This document shows positions 26,200-36,419 of a stretch of DNA of 64,000 nt, piece by piece. Below the pieces are notes generated by a model. That model had not been told where the DNA came from and did no database searches. It saw only the letters and a list, made by a program, of their open reading frames with translations. This stretch comes from Minisyncoccota bacterium (lineage in GTDB: Bacteria; Patescibacteriota; Minisyncoccia; JAHIHE01; JAGLIN01). A program made the translations under genes and the position numbers. The stretch covers positions 129,854 through 193,853 of the forward strand of contig JBAZUT010000001.1 in the NCBI GenBank assembly GCA_041661265.1, in the 5' to 3' direction. Numbering within the stretch: position 1 is the stretch's first letter; each line of letters starts with the position of its first letter.

Positions 26200-29100
26200 C
26201 TATTGTTTCTTCGCGTAATCCTTTGAAACCCATCCTTCAATTCCCTTTGCGGTTTTGATCTTGAACCAATTTCCACTTTCGCCCAGAATGTCATACGTCT
26301 CGCCTTCTTTGGTAAATGCTAGGGTTTTTCCAAGGGTGGAATTTACAGACCTCACCCTTAACCACTTCGTGGTTATGATCAAGGTTCCTGTTGCAGAAGG
26401 CGCCGGTTCAACAGTTGCAGATGCGCCGGCAACAGAAGTGTATGAACCCAGGATCCAGCCTGTCTTTCCGGAAGGAGTGGTGATCTTATACCAGCCGTTA
26501 TTCTCTTCAAGAACGGAATAGTTTTCGTTCTTTTTTACAAAGCCCAATACTTTTCCGGTGGTACTATTCACAGAGCGGATGCGGAGAGTGGTGGCGGTGA
26601 TTGTAGCAACCCTTGTCGATTCTTCGACCGGAGTTCCTTCCGCATAAGTGCCAAGCTCGGCAACGCTTACTACTTTCACATCGGACCATTTGTAGCCGGC
26701 GGCATTGAATTCGGCCGCGGACTTCACATGCTTTCTAGTGTTGTTGTGGATGACATAAACTTTGTTATCCCCTTCAGCCCTGAGAAGCGTTACGGATCCG
26801 ACAGTCTTCACTACAGTTGCAGAAACAACCTTCACGTCAGACCATTTATATCCTCCTGCATTGAACTCTTCAAGCGTCTGGATCCAGACCTGGTTCCCGT
26901 TCTTCACAACATATACCTTCGGGGAATCGGAATATTTGAACAATGTCCCTTCAGGCTCAGTGGTCGGAGTCGAGACTGCGGGAGTTTCGGTTGTCGGAGT
27001 CTCGGTGATTGGAGTTGCAGCTTCACCTAAAGTTATCGAATCAGAAATTACAGATGACTGAACACCGGCCGAGTCTTTAAATTTGGCATATACGGTTTTC
27101 GTTCCGTTTCCGGAAGTCAATGTCCATCCCTTTGATGTCGCAAATGTTTCCCAGCTTACTCCATCGAAATTGGAAGTGTTGGAAATCGCCATATGCGTCG
27201 CGTTCGTGGCCGTGAGTGTCAATGTGACAGCCGCACCAGCCGTGCTTGCCGCACCTCCTGCAACTGAGATCGAAGCGCCAGTCACCGCCGTTATAGCCGG
27301 AGCTGACACTCCACCACCACCGGCAGGAGCAGCAGCTGCTGAAGTCGTAGCTGTAACTTCGCTTGAAGGCAAGGATTCACCTGAGGAATTCAGGGCTGTT
27401 ATCTTGTAATAATACGGGGTCGATGCGGAAAGTCCGGTATCAGTGTAGGAAGTGGTGGACCCGGATGAAACCGTGGGCTCGCTTCCAATCCTTGCGAATG
27501 TTCCGCCGGAAGAAGCGCTACGATAGATGTCATAGCTCGTCGCGCCGCTTGTCACGGTCCAGGAGAGATTGATCGAGCTTGAGCTTGCTGCAGTCGCTGA
27601 CAGTCCCGACGGAGTTGAAGGCGCTCCGGTTGTGGATGAAGTGGGCGCATAAAGCGAGAAGTGGCTTGTAGGAGCGGAGATAAGGACCGTGGACACATTG
27701 GACAACGTGTCGGAAGGAGTCAGGCCTGCAGTACTGGAATCCATTACTGTTCCGCTGGCATCTTTGTATGTGATGGTGCTTGGCAAAGTTACCCAGTTTG
27801 AATTGGTCTCATCCCAATAGGACATTTTGAGCATGTCCGCTTCCGCTTTGGTATTGATAGAGGCATCACTGCCTGACGGAGTCGCGGCCATTTCCGCTTT
27901 GCTGTAGGTCATTTCCACAGTTACGGAATCATTCAAATTTGTGATGGGATTGCCATCGGAGTCGGATGCCTTTATTTCTTTGGCCGCATTGATATAGGTT
28001 CCAGTGGCGGAATCATACTTCTTTACCGGTTTAGATGAACTTGTCTGGCGGACATTGTTCGTTTCTTTCGACTGTATATTTCCGGCGGATGTCGAGCTGC
28101 CGAGCGCGTTCGCGGGAACCGTAATCTTCACGCCCGCAGTGGTGTCTTCAAGAGTTCCTCCGCTGGCCGGTGTTATCGGTTTGGATTTAGGCGCTGAAAG
28201 AGTCACCTGAGTCGTCAAAGTGATGTCCTTTCCTGTTACGGATGCAGTCGTAATCGCGATCGGGTTTGAGGTATAAGCTGCTTCCGCATAGCCCTCTGCT
28301 ACGCCATACACTTTCCAGCTTCCGGCAGTAACATATAAAGTATAGTTACCGCTAGTATCGGCTTGCGTTCCGGCAAATCCGCCTCCTTGTTTTTCAGCTC
28401 GGACAAAAGCGTTAGCAGCCCCGGTTGCACCGATCTTAATTTGTCCCTGAATGGTTAAGGAAGTTGCGGCAAGCGTGTAAGTTCCGCTGGCCAGGTTTCC
28501 GTCGGTCACACCGGTATTTACCGTAATATTGGCCAGATCACTGACATAACCCGGTTTCATGGCCTGCACAAAATAGTCCGAAGAGGAGTTTACGACTTGC
28601 AAGGAGAAGGCTCCGCTGGCATTGGTCGAGGTCCCGAAGTGCACGCCCGTTGTCGGATCGCCGATCTCAACCCAGGCATTCTGGAGATTGTTGGTGCCAT
28701 CTGTCACGGTGCCGGACACTGTTCGCAGCGTAGGCAAGGTCACCGTGAGACCTTCATCACTATTTACAGTCAACAATTCAGATGAACTATTATAAGTCGT
28801 ATTACCATCCGTCGCGGCAATGGTCAAGGCGGATTTGGGCATGCCGGGAACATCAACTCTAACCGTATACGATCCGTCGGGAAGAGACATCGTAGCCGTC
28901 GTTTTATTCGTGATCCTCATCTTATTCCCGACTCCGGTGTTATTGAAAACCTCAATGAACGCTTCCGAAACGCTTGAGGAGAATGTGAATGTGATTGTTC
29001 TCGTGGCGCCAACCGTTATATCTTTATTGCTGATATTTCCCGCAACATTGAACGAAGCGAGCGGCAGCAATTCGCCGATATTCGGAGCAAATGCCTTGAT

Positions 29101-32100
29101 CACATATCCGTTTCCTTCCGGCGCCTTAAAGCTGTATGTTCCGTCCACTCCGCTTATTGTTTCATTAAAGGTTCCGTTTCCCATCAGTTTCACAAACACG
29201 TTAGACAGCTCTTCTCCGTTGTTATAACTTGAGCTTCCATTCGCGTCTTTGTACACCCGGCCTTGGATCGTATAGAAATTTCCGGTTCCGGTCAGGGAAG
29301 GCGAGAAATTAATATTTGAAGCGCTTGAAGTGGTGATGGTCACCGTTTGTTCTGCCAGCTGTCCGTATTGCGGCAGGAATGATCCCGCTCTCCAGGTGCC
29401 GGCGGAAACATACAATGTATAATTTCCGGAATTATCGGTCATGGCATTGGCATTTCCCGGACCATCGGTGCGATAAGCATACACTGAGGCACCCTGCACG
29501 ACGTTGGTTCCGTCGATTACCTTGCCGGAAATCGTATAATCCGGTTTAGCGAGCTTCAGAACGAAAGTCGTTAACGCCGTAGCGGGAGCGATTCCAACAG
29601 ACGCTCCATCGATGTAGAGATAATTGGTTGCATGTCCGCCTTTGGTCGTATCGCTGTTTACAACTACCGACACTTCTTTCGAAGAAGGCATGCCCGGCAC
29701 AAACGCGCCAACCACATAACTGCCATCAACTACGTTCAAAGTGAAATTACCGCTCGAATCGGCCTGAGCATGGGTTCCGAATCCGCCGGTTGGCGAATAG
29801 CCGTATACTTCGGCATTCGCGATGACTTTGTCGGATCCGTCTTTCACCACGCCTTTGATCGTCTTATCGGAAGAGGTTAAGGTAAACGCTATCGTTCCAT
29901 CATTCGCCGTTCCATTATTTTCCGTAACCGTCGCTCCGCTCACATTCACATTCACGGGCTGAGGAGGAAGATAATTCGGCGTTGGAGGCGGACCGGACAT
30001 CGGGCCTTTGGGCATTTGAGGGCCGGTTCCCACGAACCACTGTCCGTCGGAAAGATACAAAGTGGCGGATCCGGATCCTCCTCCGTTCAACGTTATTTGT
30101 TTGACCCTGAATCCGGTAGACGAACCGGCAAAAACATCCAATGGCGTATTGGCCGGACCCGTGATATTCACTGTAACCGCCGTTCCGCTTGAAGCGCTCG
30201 TGAGAGTAAAGTCATAGGTCGTAGGAGTTGATGTAACGCGCACCATTTCCGGCATAGATTTGCCAAGATAATCCGCTCCGTCCAAAGTAATGGTTTGATC
30301 GGTGAATAGCATGTAATCTCCGCTGGGCAAATTGGGGAAACTATAAGCTGCCGAACCGCCGCTGAAAGTAGCAGACGCGGCTTCCATGGGACCTGTCATT
30401 GGCGACATCAGGAAAACATTCATCGTGCCGGCGTTGGCGCTGCCCGCGGTGATCGTGCCCTGCAAAGTGTTGCTTCCGCCGGACTGAATAAAGAATGGCT
30501 GCGACGTTAATGATTCAATAACGGTTGAACCGTCGGCTGACTTAGTCTTGATGTCGACGGTGTAGCCCGAAGTGTCAAATCCTTTCGGCACGGTCGAGTT
30601 CTTTATGCTGGCTACATCGATTCTTAAGAAATCAAAGCCCGTGACATTTGTAGCCGCCGAAAGATAGATGGTTACCGTTCTGGCCGAAGTGTTAACCACT
30701 ACGCCGTCACCTGCAAGTCCTCCCTGGGCCGTTCCGGTGTCGTCGGCATTGAGAGTTCCCGAACAGGAAGCGCCTGTCGGAGCTCCGGCAGTTGCGCATT
30801 TGAATGTCGGTGCGCCTGTGCCGGGACCGTTCAGATCCGTTCTCATCGGACTGTTAACATCTTGCTTGGCATTCGTTACGTCAAAACCGCTCGGGAAAGT
30901 GAGAACGATCGATCCGCCCGCCGGAATTTGGCTGGAGATCGGAAGATCGACTCCGAAAATCGTGGTCTGCCCGGCCATCATGTTGAATGGCTTCACCATG
31001 ATCGGCGGCGCAAACCCGAATGTGCTTGAAGAGAAATTGGTCGGCACGAATCCTCCGCCATTATCAAACGCGCTTCCTCCCATGGCCATTGGCCCTAGAG
31101 CGCCTTTGGTGGTCATGCTGTTTTGGATCGTAGCGCGGGCGGAATTTCCGGTTCCTCCCATGGCCGTACCAGACAAATCTTTAGCGCCAGTGCCGAGGGC
31201 TACATATAATTCCTGCCCCGCTGCAACGCTAAGATTCAATCCTTCGATCATTACGGTGTTGGTAACAGAATCATACTTGAAGGTGGCGCTGGTCAGAGGC
31301 ACTGCGGTTCCCGCAATTGCCGGATCGAATACAGCCGTCCCGTATTTCACCGTGGCGTAATTAGACGGATTTATAACACTGGCCGCCCAATTAAGCGAAT
31401 CCGTGGCTTTTGCAGAATTCATGGGCTCGGAGAATGAAATTGCAGCGGCATAATCATCAGCGTTCATAAAAGTGACTGTCGGCACAGAGGAATCCGCCGC
31501 ACCGGTGGTGAAATTTCGCGCCACCGCAGTGGCTATGGCAAATCCGTTAATTCCGGTTACGCCCGTAGTAACATTTATCGTGTAAGTCGTATTCGGATTT
31601 AGCACTGATTTCGGTATGAAATAAGCTTGCCGGTCCAGCCCTCTGTAATCCATCGTGCCATTGATCGCCGTCGAGCCGATAGAAACATAAACCGTGGAAG
31701 TGGTGATGGTCGAAACATCCATATCCTTGCTGAAGCTCATGCTTATCGCCCCAATATTGACCGGCACGGCAGTGGCGCCATTGTCAGGATATGTTCCCAA
31801 TACCGTAGGTGCGATAATATCAGACGTGGTGCCGGTTTTGAAATCCGACATGAACATTGGGAAGGATGCCTGATCGGGAGGAGCGATGGTCATGCCATTC
31901 GCAGCCTTTGCCCCGCCCAGGACCTTCAAACGATAAGATGTGCTGGCGGCAAAAGTTCCGGAGTTATAGCCCGCCGCCAAAGTGACCGTGGAAACCATCT
32001 TGGCGTTATCAAGAGAGACGGTGCTAATCGCGCTTGAAGAAACATCCGTTTCCGTGGTGCCGCTTACAGTATATAATTTCACATTGTTCTTTAAGAGATA

Positions 32101-35100
32101 TCCTCCCCCGTCATCCGCCATCGGATCAGAGAAATTGATGACGATTTTCATGTTAAGCGGCACGTCAAACGAACCGGGAGCGGGCATTACTCCGTTCACA
32201 TGCGGAGGCACAAACGCGCCTGATCCGAAAGTTCCACCGCCTTGCAGAACTCCTCCGGAAAATGTCGCAGTCGAACCTGTCGTAAAGAAAAATACATAGC
32301 TTCCATCGGACTGATTGCCCTGGATCGCGTTGCCTGCCGTATCTGTCACATTGGGAGTGATCTTTACCGCAATATTCTTATTGTCGCCAAAAGTGTTTCC
32401 GCCCGTAAATGACCAGACGGCCAGATTTGAATCCGGAGGCAACGGCGCGGATGGCGGAGTAGTATAATATGCCCAAGCGCCTTTGGTGCTCGTGATATTG
32501 GTCAACTCACCGGTGGACATATTGACTTCATTGACCGTCATATTTCCGGCGGCCGTAATGGAAGTCTGACTCATTTCTTTGTTAAATGCTGCAAAAATCT
32601 TGAAATTAGTATCTCCGCCAGGAATTCCAGTTGATCCATCCATTGGTCCGTTCCATTTTATGCGCGGATTGGTGAGATCGCCTCCAAAGCCTCCTCCCCC
32701 GCCCTGTCCGAGCTGAAAGTTAATGCCGGAAGCGCCCGCGGGAATTCCATTCATCATACGATCAGCAAAACCTTCTTTAAAAGCAACCAGATCATAGGTG
32801 CCGGCAAATAATTTACCAGCGCCAATGGTGAAATTGCCGTCAGCGCCTGTTGCCGCCGAGAGGAATCCGGTGCCTTCGGCAAAAATATAAGCGCCTGCAA
32901 GATTGTTCGGCGTAGGAGTGGCTGAATCTTTTATGTTTCCCATGATATTGGTGCTGTTTCCTGCAGTAACAGAGGTCAATTGGAACGGATTACCGCTCAT
33001 ATCTTTCATCTGCTGGGTATTTGTTTCGTCAGTAGCTTCGAGGTAATACCTCACTATAGTATTTGCCGCTCCAACTGTTGCGGATGGAATCACATGTCTA
33101 TAAAATCCTCCTCCCAAGTGTGAGCCATTATGATTGGAATCGCTCACGTATGTCGGAGTACATCCGGATCCGGCGCAGTAATAAAGCTTGCTGGATAGAG
33201 CCGGCGTTGAAGAAGCGTTGGCAAAATTATCCATTACGCGGACAATGACATCAAGATTGGTGCTGGCCGCCGCCTGGAAAATAGGGCGGTGCATGATGTT
33301 TGGCGGCATCGTATCGGAAGCGGCTGTGACGGTCGTAAAACCGCTGGTGCCGGTTGTTTCCAATGCAGTTAAACTCCCCACGTTCGCAGAAGTTATAGTA
33401 GACATTAGTTCCGCATAGGTCTTTACGCGCCAATAATAAGCAGTATTCGGATTAAGAGGAGCTGGTTGTGTCAAGATCAGGTATTGTCCCGCCCCATAGT
33501 TTACGTTGCAGCTTGAAGCATTGCAATGACTCGCGGTTTTGGGAAAAGTGTAATCCCAAACCGTGGTACCAGTAAAATCAGAAGCGGTATTTACAGTCAG
33601 TCTATAACTATTAAATGTGGCATTGTTTGAAGGGCCGAAATTGAAGTTTGGCGGAATAGGAATATTAGTGGCATTGTTCGACGGAACAAACAAGCTCAGA
33701 CCGCTTCCAGAACTTGAATATACACCGAAGCCATTCGGCATTGTCACGACTTCGCCGCCTGTCGTGACTCTGACATCGCGACTTCCATCTGTGGCATCAG
33801 CCGTGATTGTGACTGGGAAACTTAAATTAGTAGCACCAGTGGAGCTGACCGTACCAGCTGTCGCATTTGTGTCGTTAGTACTAGTACCGCTAAGCAAGAA
33901 TTGCACTGTGCTTGAAGCTGTAAAATGAGTATTTGAACCGGTTATCGTAACAGTAAAAGGAGAAGAGCCTTTTGCTCCGCCTCCTGGAGTCACCATGTTA
34001 ATCCCGGGAATTCCTCCGCCGCCGGAAGGCGCGACGTTGATCTGGAACATTTTCTCTCCATCTACCGCGCTATCCGTAACCTTGATTCTTATTGTGTAGC
34101 TTCCCGGCGCATTGGCAACGGTACCCGTTATTTTGCCGCCATCAGCTCCGCTTGCCACGAGCGTCAAACTAAGACTTGCCAAAACGTCGATGGCGTATTG
34201 ATCAGCCGCAGCCCATGTGTATGTGCCTGTGGCACCGCCAGTCGCCTCCAAAGCTACCAAAGGAGTAGTGGTATTATAAACCGTTCCAACTGTAGTTGAA
34301 GGAATATTGGTAGTGGTAATCGTAGGCGCATTGGTTAAATTGACGGCTAAAGTGCCTACCACATTTCCACCCATATCGACAATGGCATTATTTGCCGCGG
34401 CGATCGTACTTATACCATTTCCGCCATCCGCAAAATCGCCAGAATCCAAATTTCCATTTAAAGTAACGGTCGCAAATTCCATTCCGGGATTATGAGTAAC
34501 GCTTGAAATCGTGTGTCCGCCTGTTGTTCCATTGTCGATAAAAGTAAACGAAGCCGCAACCAAACTTCCACCGCCTGATTTTTGCACCGACTTACTGAAC
34601 CTTACATTCACAGCAGCAGAGCCTGAAGCTCCGGTGGCTTTTACGATCGTCGCAGGAGCGGTGTCCGCCTTCAAATCATTGGTAGTGAAAGTGGAAGCGC
34701 CATTATTTCCGTCAGAAGTAACCACGCCAGTAGTCGCCGGAATAGCGGCAATAATACGATCATCATCGGCAATAGTGCCTGATGTTTTAATTACCACATA
34801 GAAAAATGTTTCGGTCCCATTAGCTAACGCCACCGGAGTAGCCGGCGTTAAAGTGATGCTGCTGGAAGACCAGGCCGGAGATCCTCCCAAAGTTACAACC
34901 GCATCTCCCGCACCAAACATGCCGGTATTTCCGCCTCCGGCATCATCGTATAAAGCAACGCCTGAAGTATTATTAGTGGCAATCGCCGCCAAGTCAGAAG
35001 TGCCAAACCCCGTACCGCTGAAATTCACAGTAACTGAAGTTAAAGTTTGACCGGCTTGCGACGCGGTTACGCCGACTCTTAACATAGCAGTCGCTACTGA

Positions 35101-35295
35101 ACTTGCCGGTATCGGAGAACCGGGCATCTGGGTTGGCATTCCCTGGGTTGAAAAAGTAAAAGTCGAAGCCGCCCTCGCCGCCGGCACGAGAACCAAGAAC
35201 TGCAAACCCAATGACCACACCAATGTGGCCACGAGGAGAAAAGACGCAAAAAATTTCTTCGCGCCCTTTTTTATTTCTTTCCTTGTTTTTTTCAT
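26200..35295 (-). CDS. 3031-aa secreted surface protein (Ig-like/Big, carboxypeptidase-regulatory-like repeats, ZU5-like domain, FN3, two C-terminal SH3b)
   Basis: Signal peptide ending ARA-A; T/G/S-rich beta repeats; APSTPSGLSATA..YYYKITA FN3; LRIRS..WYKI..GW SH3b twice. Confidence 0.85.
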   Translation of the reverse strand: MKKTRKEIKKGAKKFFASFLLVATLVWSLGLQFLVLVPAARAASTFTFSTQGMPTQMPGSPIPASSVATAMLRVGVTASQAGQTLTSVTVNFSGTGFGTSDLAAIATNNTSGVALYDDAGGGNTGMFGAGDAVVTLGGSPAWSSSSITLTPATPVALANGTETFFYVVIKTSGTIADDDRIIAAIPATTGVVTSDGNNGASTFTTNDLKADTAPATIVKATGASGSAAVNVRFSKSVQKSGGGSLVAASFTFIDNGTTGGHTISSVTHNPGMEFATVTLNGNLDSGDFADGGNGISTIAAANNAIVDMGGNVVGTLAVNLTNAPTITTTNIPSTTVGTVYNTTTPLVALEATGGATGTYTWAAADQYAIDVLASLSLTLVASGADGGKITGTVANAPGSYTIRIKVTDSAVDGEKMFQINVAPSGGGGIPGINMVTPGGGAKGSSPFTVTITGSNTHFTASSTVQFLLSGTSTNDTNATAGTVSSTGATNLSFPVTITADATDGSRDVRVTTGGEVVTMPNGFGVYSSSGSGLSLFVPSNNATNIPIPPNFNFGPSNNATFNSYRLTVNTASDFTGTTVWDYTFPKTASHCNASSCNVNYGAGQYLILTQPAPLNPNTAYYWRVKTYAELMSTITSANVGSLTALETTGTSGFTTVTAASDTMPPNIMHRPIFQAAASTNLDVIVRVMDNFANASSTPALSSKLYYCAGSGCTPTYVSDSNHNGSHLGGGFYRHVIPSATVGAANTIVRYYLEATDETNTQQMKDMSGNPFQLTSVTAGNSTNIMGNIKDSATPTPNNLAGAYIFAEGTGFLSAATGADGNFTIGAGKLFAGTYDLVAFKEGFADRMMNGIPAGASGINFQLGQGGGGGFGGDLTNPRIKWNGPMDGSTGIPGGDTNFKIFAAFNKEMSQTSITAAGNMTVNEVNMSTGELTNITSTKGAWAYYTTPPSAPLPPDSNLAVWSFTGGNTFGDNKNIAVKITPNVTDTAGNAIQGNQSDGSYVFFFTTGSTATFSGGVLQGGGTFGSGAFVPPHVNGVMPAPGSFDVPLNMKIVINFSDPMADDGGGYLLKNNVKLYTVSGTTETDVSSSAISTVSLDNAKMVSTVTLAAGYNSGTFAASTSYRLKVLGGAKAANGMTIAPPDQASFPMFMSDFKTGTTSDIIAPTVLGTYPDNGATAVPVNIGAISMSFSKDMDVSTITTSTVYVSIGSTAINGTMDYRGLDRQAYFIPKSVLNPNTTYTINVTTGVTGINGFAIATAVARNFTTGAADSSVPTVTFMNADDYAAAISFSEPMNSAKATDSLNWAASVINPSNYATVKYGTAVFDPAIAGTAVPLTSATFKYDSVTNTVMIEGLNLSVAAGQELYVALGTGAKDLSGTAMGGTGNSARATIQNSMTTKGALGPMAMGGSAFDNGGGFVPTNFSSSTFGFAPPIMVKPFNMMAGQTTIFGVDLPISSQIPAGGSIVLTFPSGFDVTNAKQDVNSPMRTDLNGPGTGAPTFKCATAGAPTGASCSGTLNADDTGTAQGGLAGDGVVVNTSARTVTIYLSAATNVTGFDFLRIDVASIKNSTVPKGFDTSGYTVDIKTKSADGSTVIESLTSQPFFIQSGGSNTLQGTITAGSANAGTMNVFLMSPMTGPMEAASATFSGGSAAYSFPNLPSGDYMLFTDQTITLDGADYLGKSMPEMVRVTSTPTTYDFTLTSASSGTAVTVNITGPANTPLDVFAGSSTGFRVKQITLNGGGSGSATLYLSDGQWFVGTGPQMPKGPMSGPPPTPNYLPPQPVNVNVSGATVTENNGTANDGTIAFTLTSSDKTIKGVVKDGSDKVIANAEVYGYSPTGGFGTHAQADSSGNFTLNVVDGSYVVGAFVPGMPSSKEVSVVVNSDTTKGGHATNYLYIDGASVGIAPATALTTFVLKLAKPDYTISGKVIDGTNVVQGASVYAYRTDGPGNANAMTDNSGNYTLYVSAGTWRAGSFLPQYGQLAEQTVTITTSSASNINFSPSLTGTGNFYTIQGRVYKDANGSSSYNNGEELSNVFVKLMGNGTFNETISGVDGTYSFKAPEGNGYVIKAFAPNIGELLPLASFNVAGNISNKDITVGATRTITFTFSSSVSEAFIEVFNNTGVGNKMRITNKTTATMSLPDGSYTVRVDVPGMPKSALTIAATDGNTTYNSSSELLTVNSDEGLTVTLPTLRTVSGTVTDGTNNLQNAWVEIGDPTTGVHFGTSTNASGAFSLQVVNSSSDYFVQAMKPGYVSDLANITVNTGVTDGNLASGTYTLAATSLTIQGQIKIGATGAANAFVRAEKQGGGFAGTQADTSGNYTLYVTAGSWKVYGVAEGYAEAAYTSNPIAITTASVTGKDITLTTQVTLSAPKSKPITPASGGTLEDTTAGVKITVPANALGSSTSAGNIQSKETNNVRQTSSSKPVKKYDSATGTYINAAKEIKASDSDGNPITNLNDSVTVEMTYSKAEMAATPSGSDASINTKAEADMLKMSYWDETNSNWVTLPSTITYKDASGTVMDSSTAGLTPSDTLSNVSTVLISAPTSHFSLYAPTSSTTGAPSTPSGLSATAASSSSINLSWTVTSGATSYDIYRSASSGGTFARIGSEPTVSSGSTTSYTDTGLSASTPYYYKITALNSSGESLPSSEVTATTSAAAAPAGGGGVSAPAITAVTGASISVAGGAASTAGAAVTLTLTATNATHMAISNTSNFDGVSWETFATSKGWTLTSGNGTKTVYAKFKDSAGVQSSVISDSITLGEAATPITETPTTETPAVSTPTTEPEGTLFKYSDSPKVYVVKNGNQVWIQTLEEFNAGGYKWSDVKVVSATVVKTVGSVTLLRAEGDNKVYVIHNNTRKHVKSAAEFNAAGYKWSDVKVVSVAELGTYAEGTPVEESTRVATITATTLRIRSVNSTTGKVLGFVKKNENYSVLEENNGWYKITTPSGKTGWILGSYTSVAGASATVEPAPSATGTLIITTKWLRVRSVNSTLGKTLAFTKEGETYDILGESGNWFKIKTAKGIEGWVSKDYAKKQ

Positions 35296-35573
35296 TTTTG
35301 TATTCTCCTTACAAATTAAAAAACAGCCCCTGAAAACCTCGAAGGACTGTTCGCTTGCTGATTAAATTATATGAAAAAGTTGTTGAATTCCGGTCTTTTG
35401 AAAACAAAAAATACGAGAGAACAAAAAACCTCGCATTAACATCCGATGCATTATTTATTTTTTTTATATTTTTTCTTTTAGACCCCCCTTGAAACATTTT
35501 TTGTTTTGCTTAAATAAAAAAGTATTACGGGAATTTGCCTCATAAATAACTTTCTGCTTTTCAAGCTATTCTT

Positions 35574-35602
35574 ATTATATAAACATTTGCCATACGTGTC
35601 AA
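35574..35602 (-). promoter_or_regulatory. Consensus promoter of the giant surface protein gene (~270-nt leader)
   Basis: TTGACA-N17-TATAAT. Confidence 0.7.
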
Positions 35603-35788
35603 ATGGATCGTAAACTGGAAATTGGATATTAGATATTGGAAATTATAATACCTCTTGCAGGAACAGACTTGCCTGCCGGAAGAAATAATCCTAAAGCTCG
35701 GCCTTAGGAAAATGCAATGTTAAATATCAGATATAAAATCTTTACATTTTCCCCTATCTATATTATATTACTTTTCAGAGGTGGAGAT

Positions 35789-35938
35789 ATGGAAACTAAC
35801 GATACGCCCTTCGACAAACCGGAAAAAATAACCGATGTATCTCAGATAAAAAATCCGCAAACATATTTTGAAACGGTATACAGCGTCTTTATGTGTCCGG
35901 GCAAAAGTTGCGCCAAAATAAAAAAATCTCAACTCTAA
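35789..35938 (+). CDS. 49-aa hypothetical peptide (paralog 1)
   Basis: GGTGGAG SD, TTTACA-N17-TATATT promoter, terminator at 35970-35998; paralog at 36166. Confidence 0.7.
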   Translation: METNDTPFDKPEKITDVSQIKNPQTYFETVYSVFMCPGKSCAKIKKSQL

Positions 35939-36165
35939 AGATGGCAAATCCAGGTTCAAACAATATATAAAAGCTCAAACAACGAGCTTTATTTTTTTGC
36001 TGGTTCAATATCTCTGACTTGAATCAATTATTCCTATGCTTTATAAGTCAGAAACTCATGGTTCAAGTTATAAACTCGTTCCCGTCGGAGAAATAAATTG
36101 CTAAGACTTAAACGCCTTTGGAATTGATGCCCTGTATCATAATATCTCTTTCCAAGGGTGGAGAT

Positions 36166-36318
36166 ATGGAAGCTGGTAATAAGCCCCAAGATACACGAAT
36201 AAAAATAGAGGTTCTATCCGAAATAAAAAATCCAAGAACGTATTTTGAAACCGTCAGAAAACTGATGATGTGTCCGGGATCAAGCTTCGCTTCCATAAAA
36301 AAATCTAAAATTTGCTAA
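36166..36318 (+). CDS. 50-aa hypothetical peptide (paralog 2)
   Basis: Same GGTGGAGATATGGAA start context, shared IKNPxTYFETV..MCPG motif, terminator at 36320-36344. Confidence 0.7.
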   Translation: MEAGNKPQDTRIKIEVLSEIKNPRTYFETVRKLMMCPGSSFASIKKSKIC

Positions 36319-36372
36319 CAAGCTCAAAATGGGCTTATTTTTTTATATTATTATATCCTTTTATACCGATTT

Positions 36373-36406
36373 AAAAACCCGGCCATTTCCATGGCCGGAT
36401 CTTTTT
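36373..36406. terminator. rpoC terminator
   Basis: CCGGCCAT-ttcc-ATGGCCGG flanked by A and T runs. Confidence 0.75.
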
Positions 36407-36419
36407 ATCCTGAAAGATA

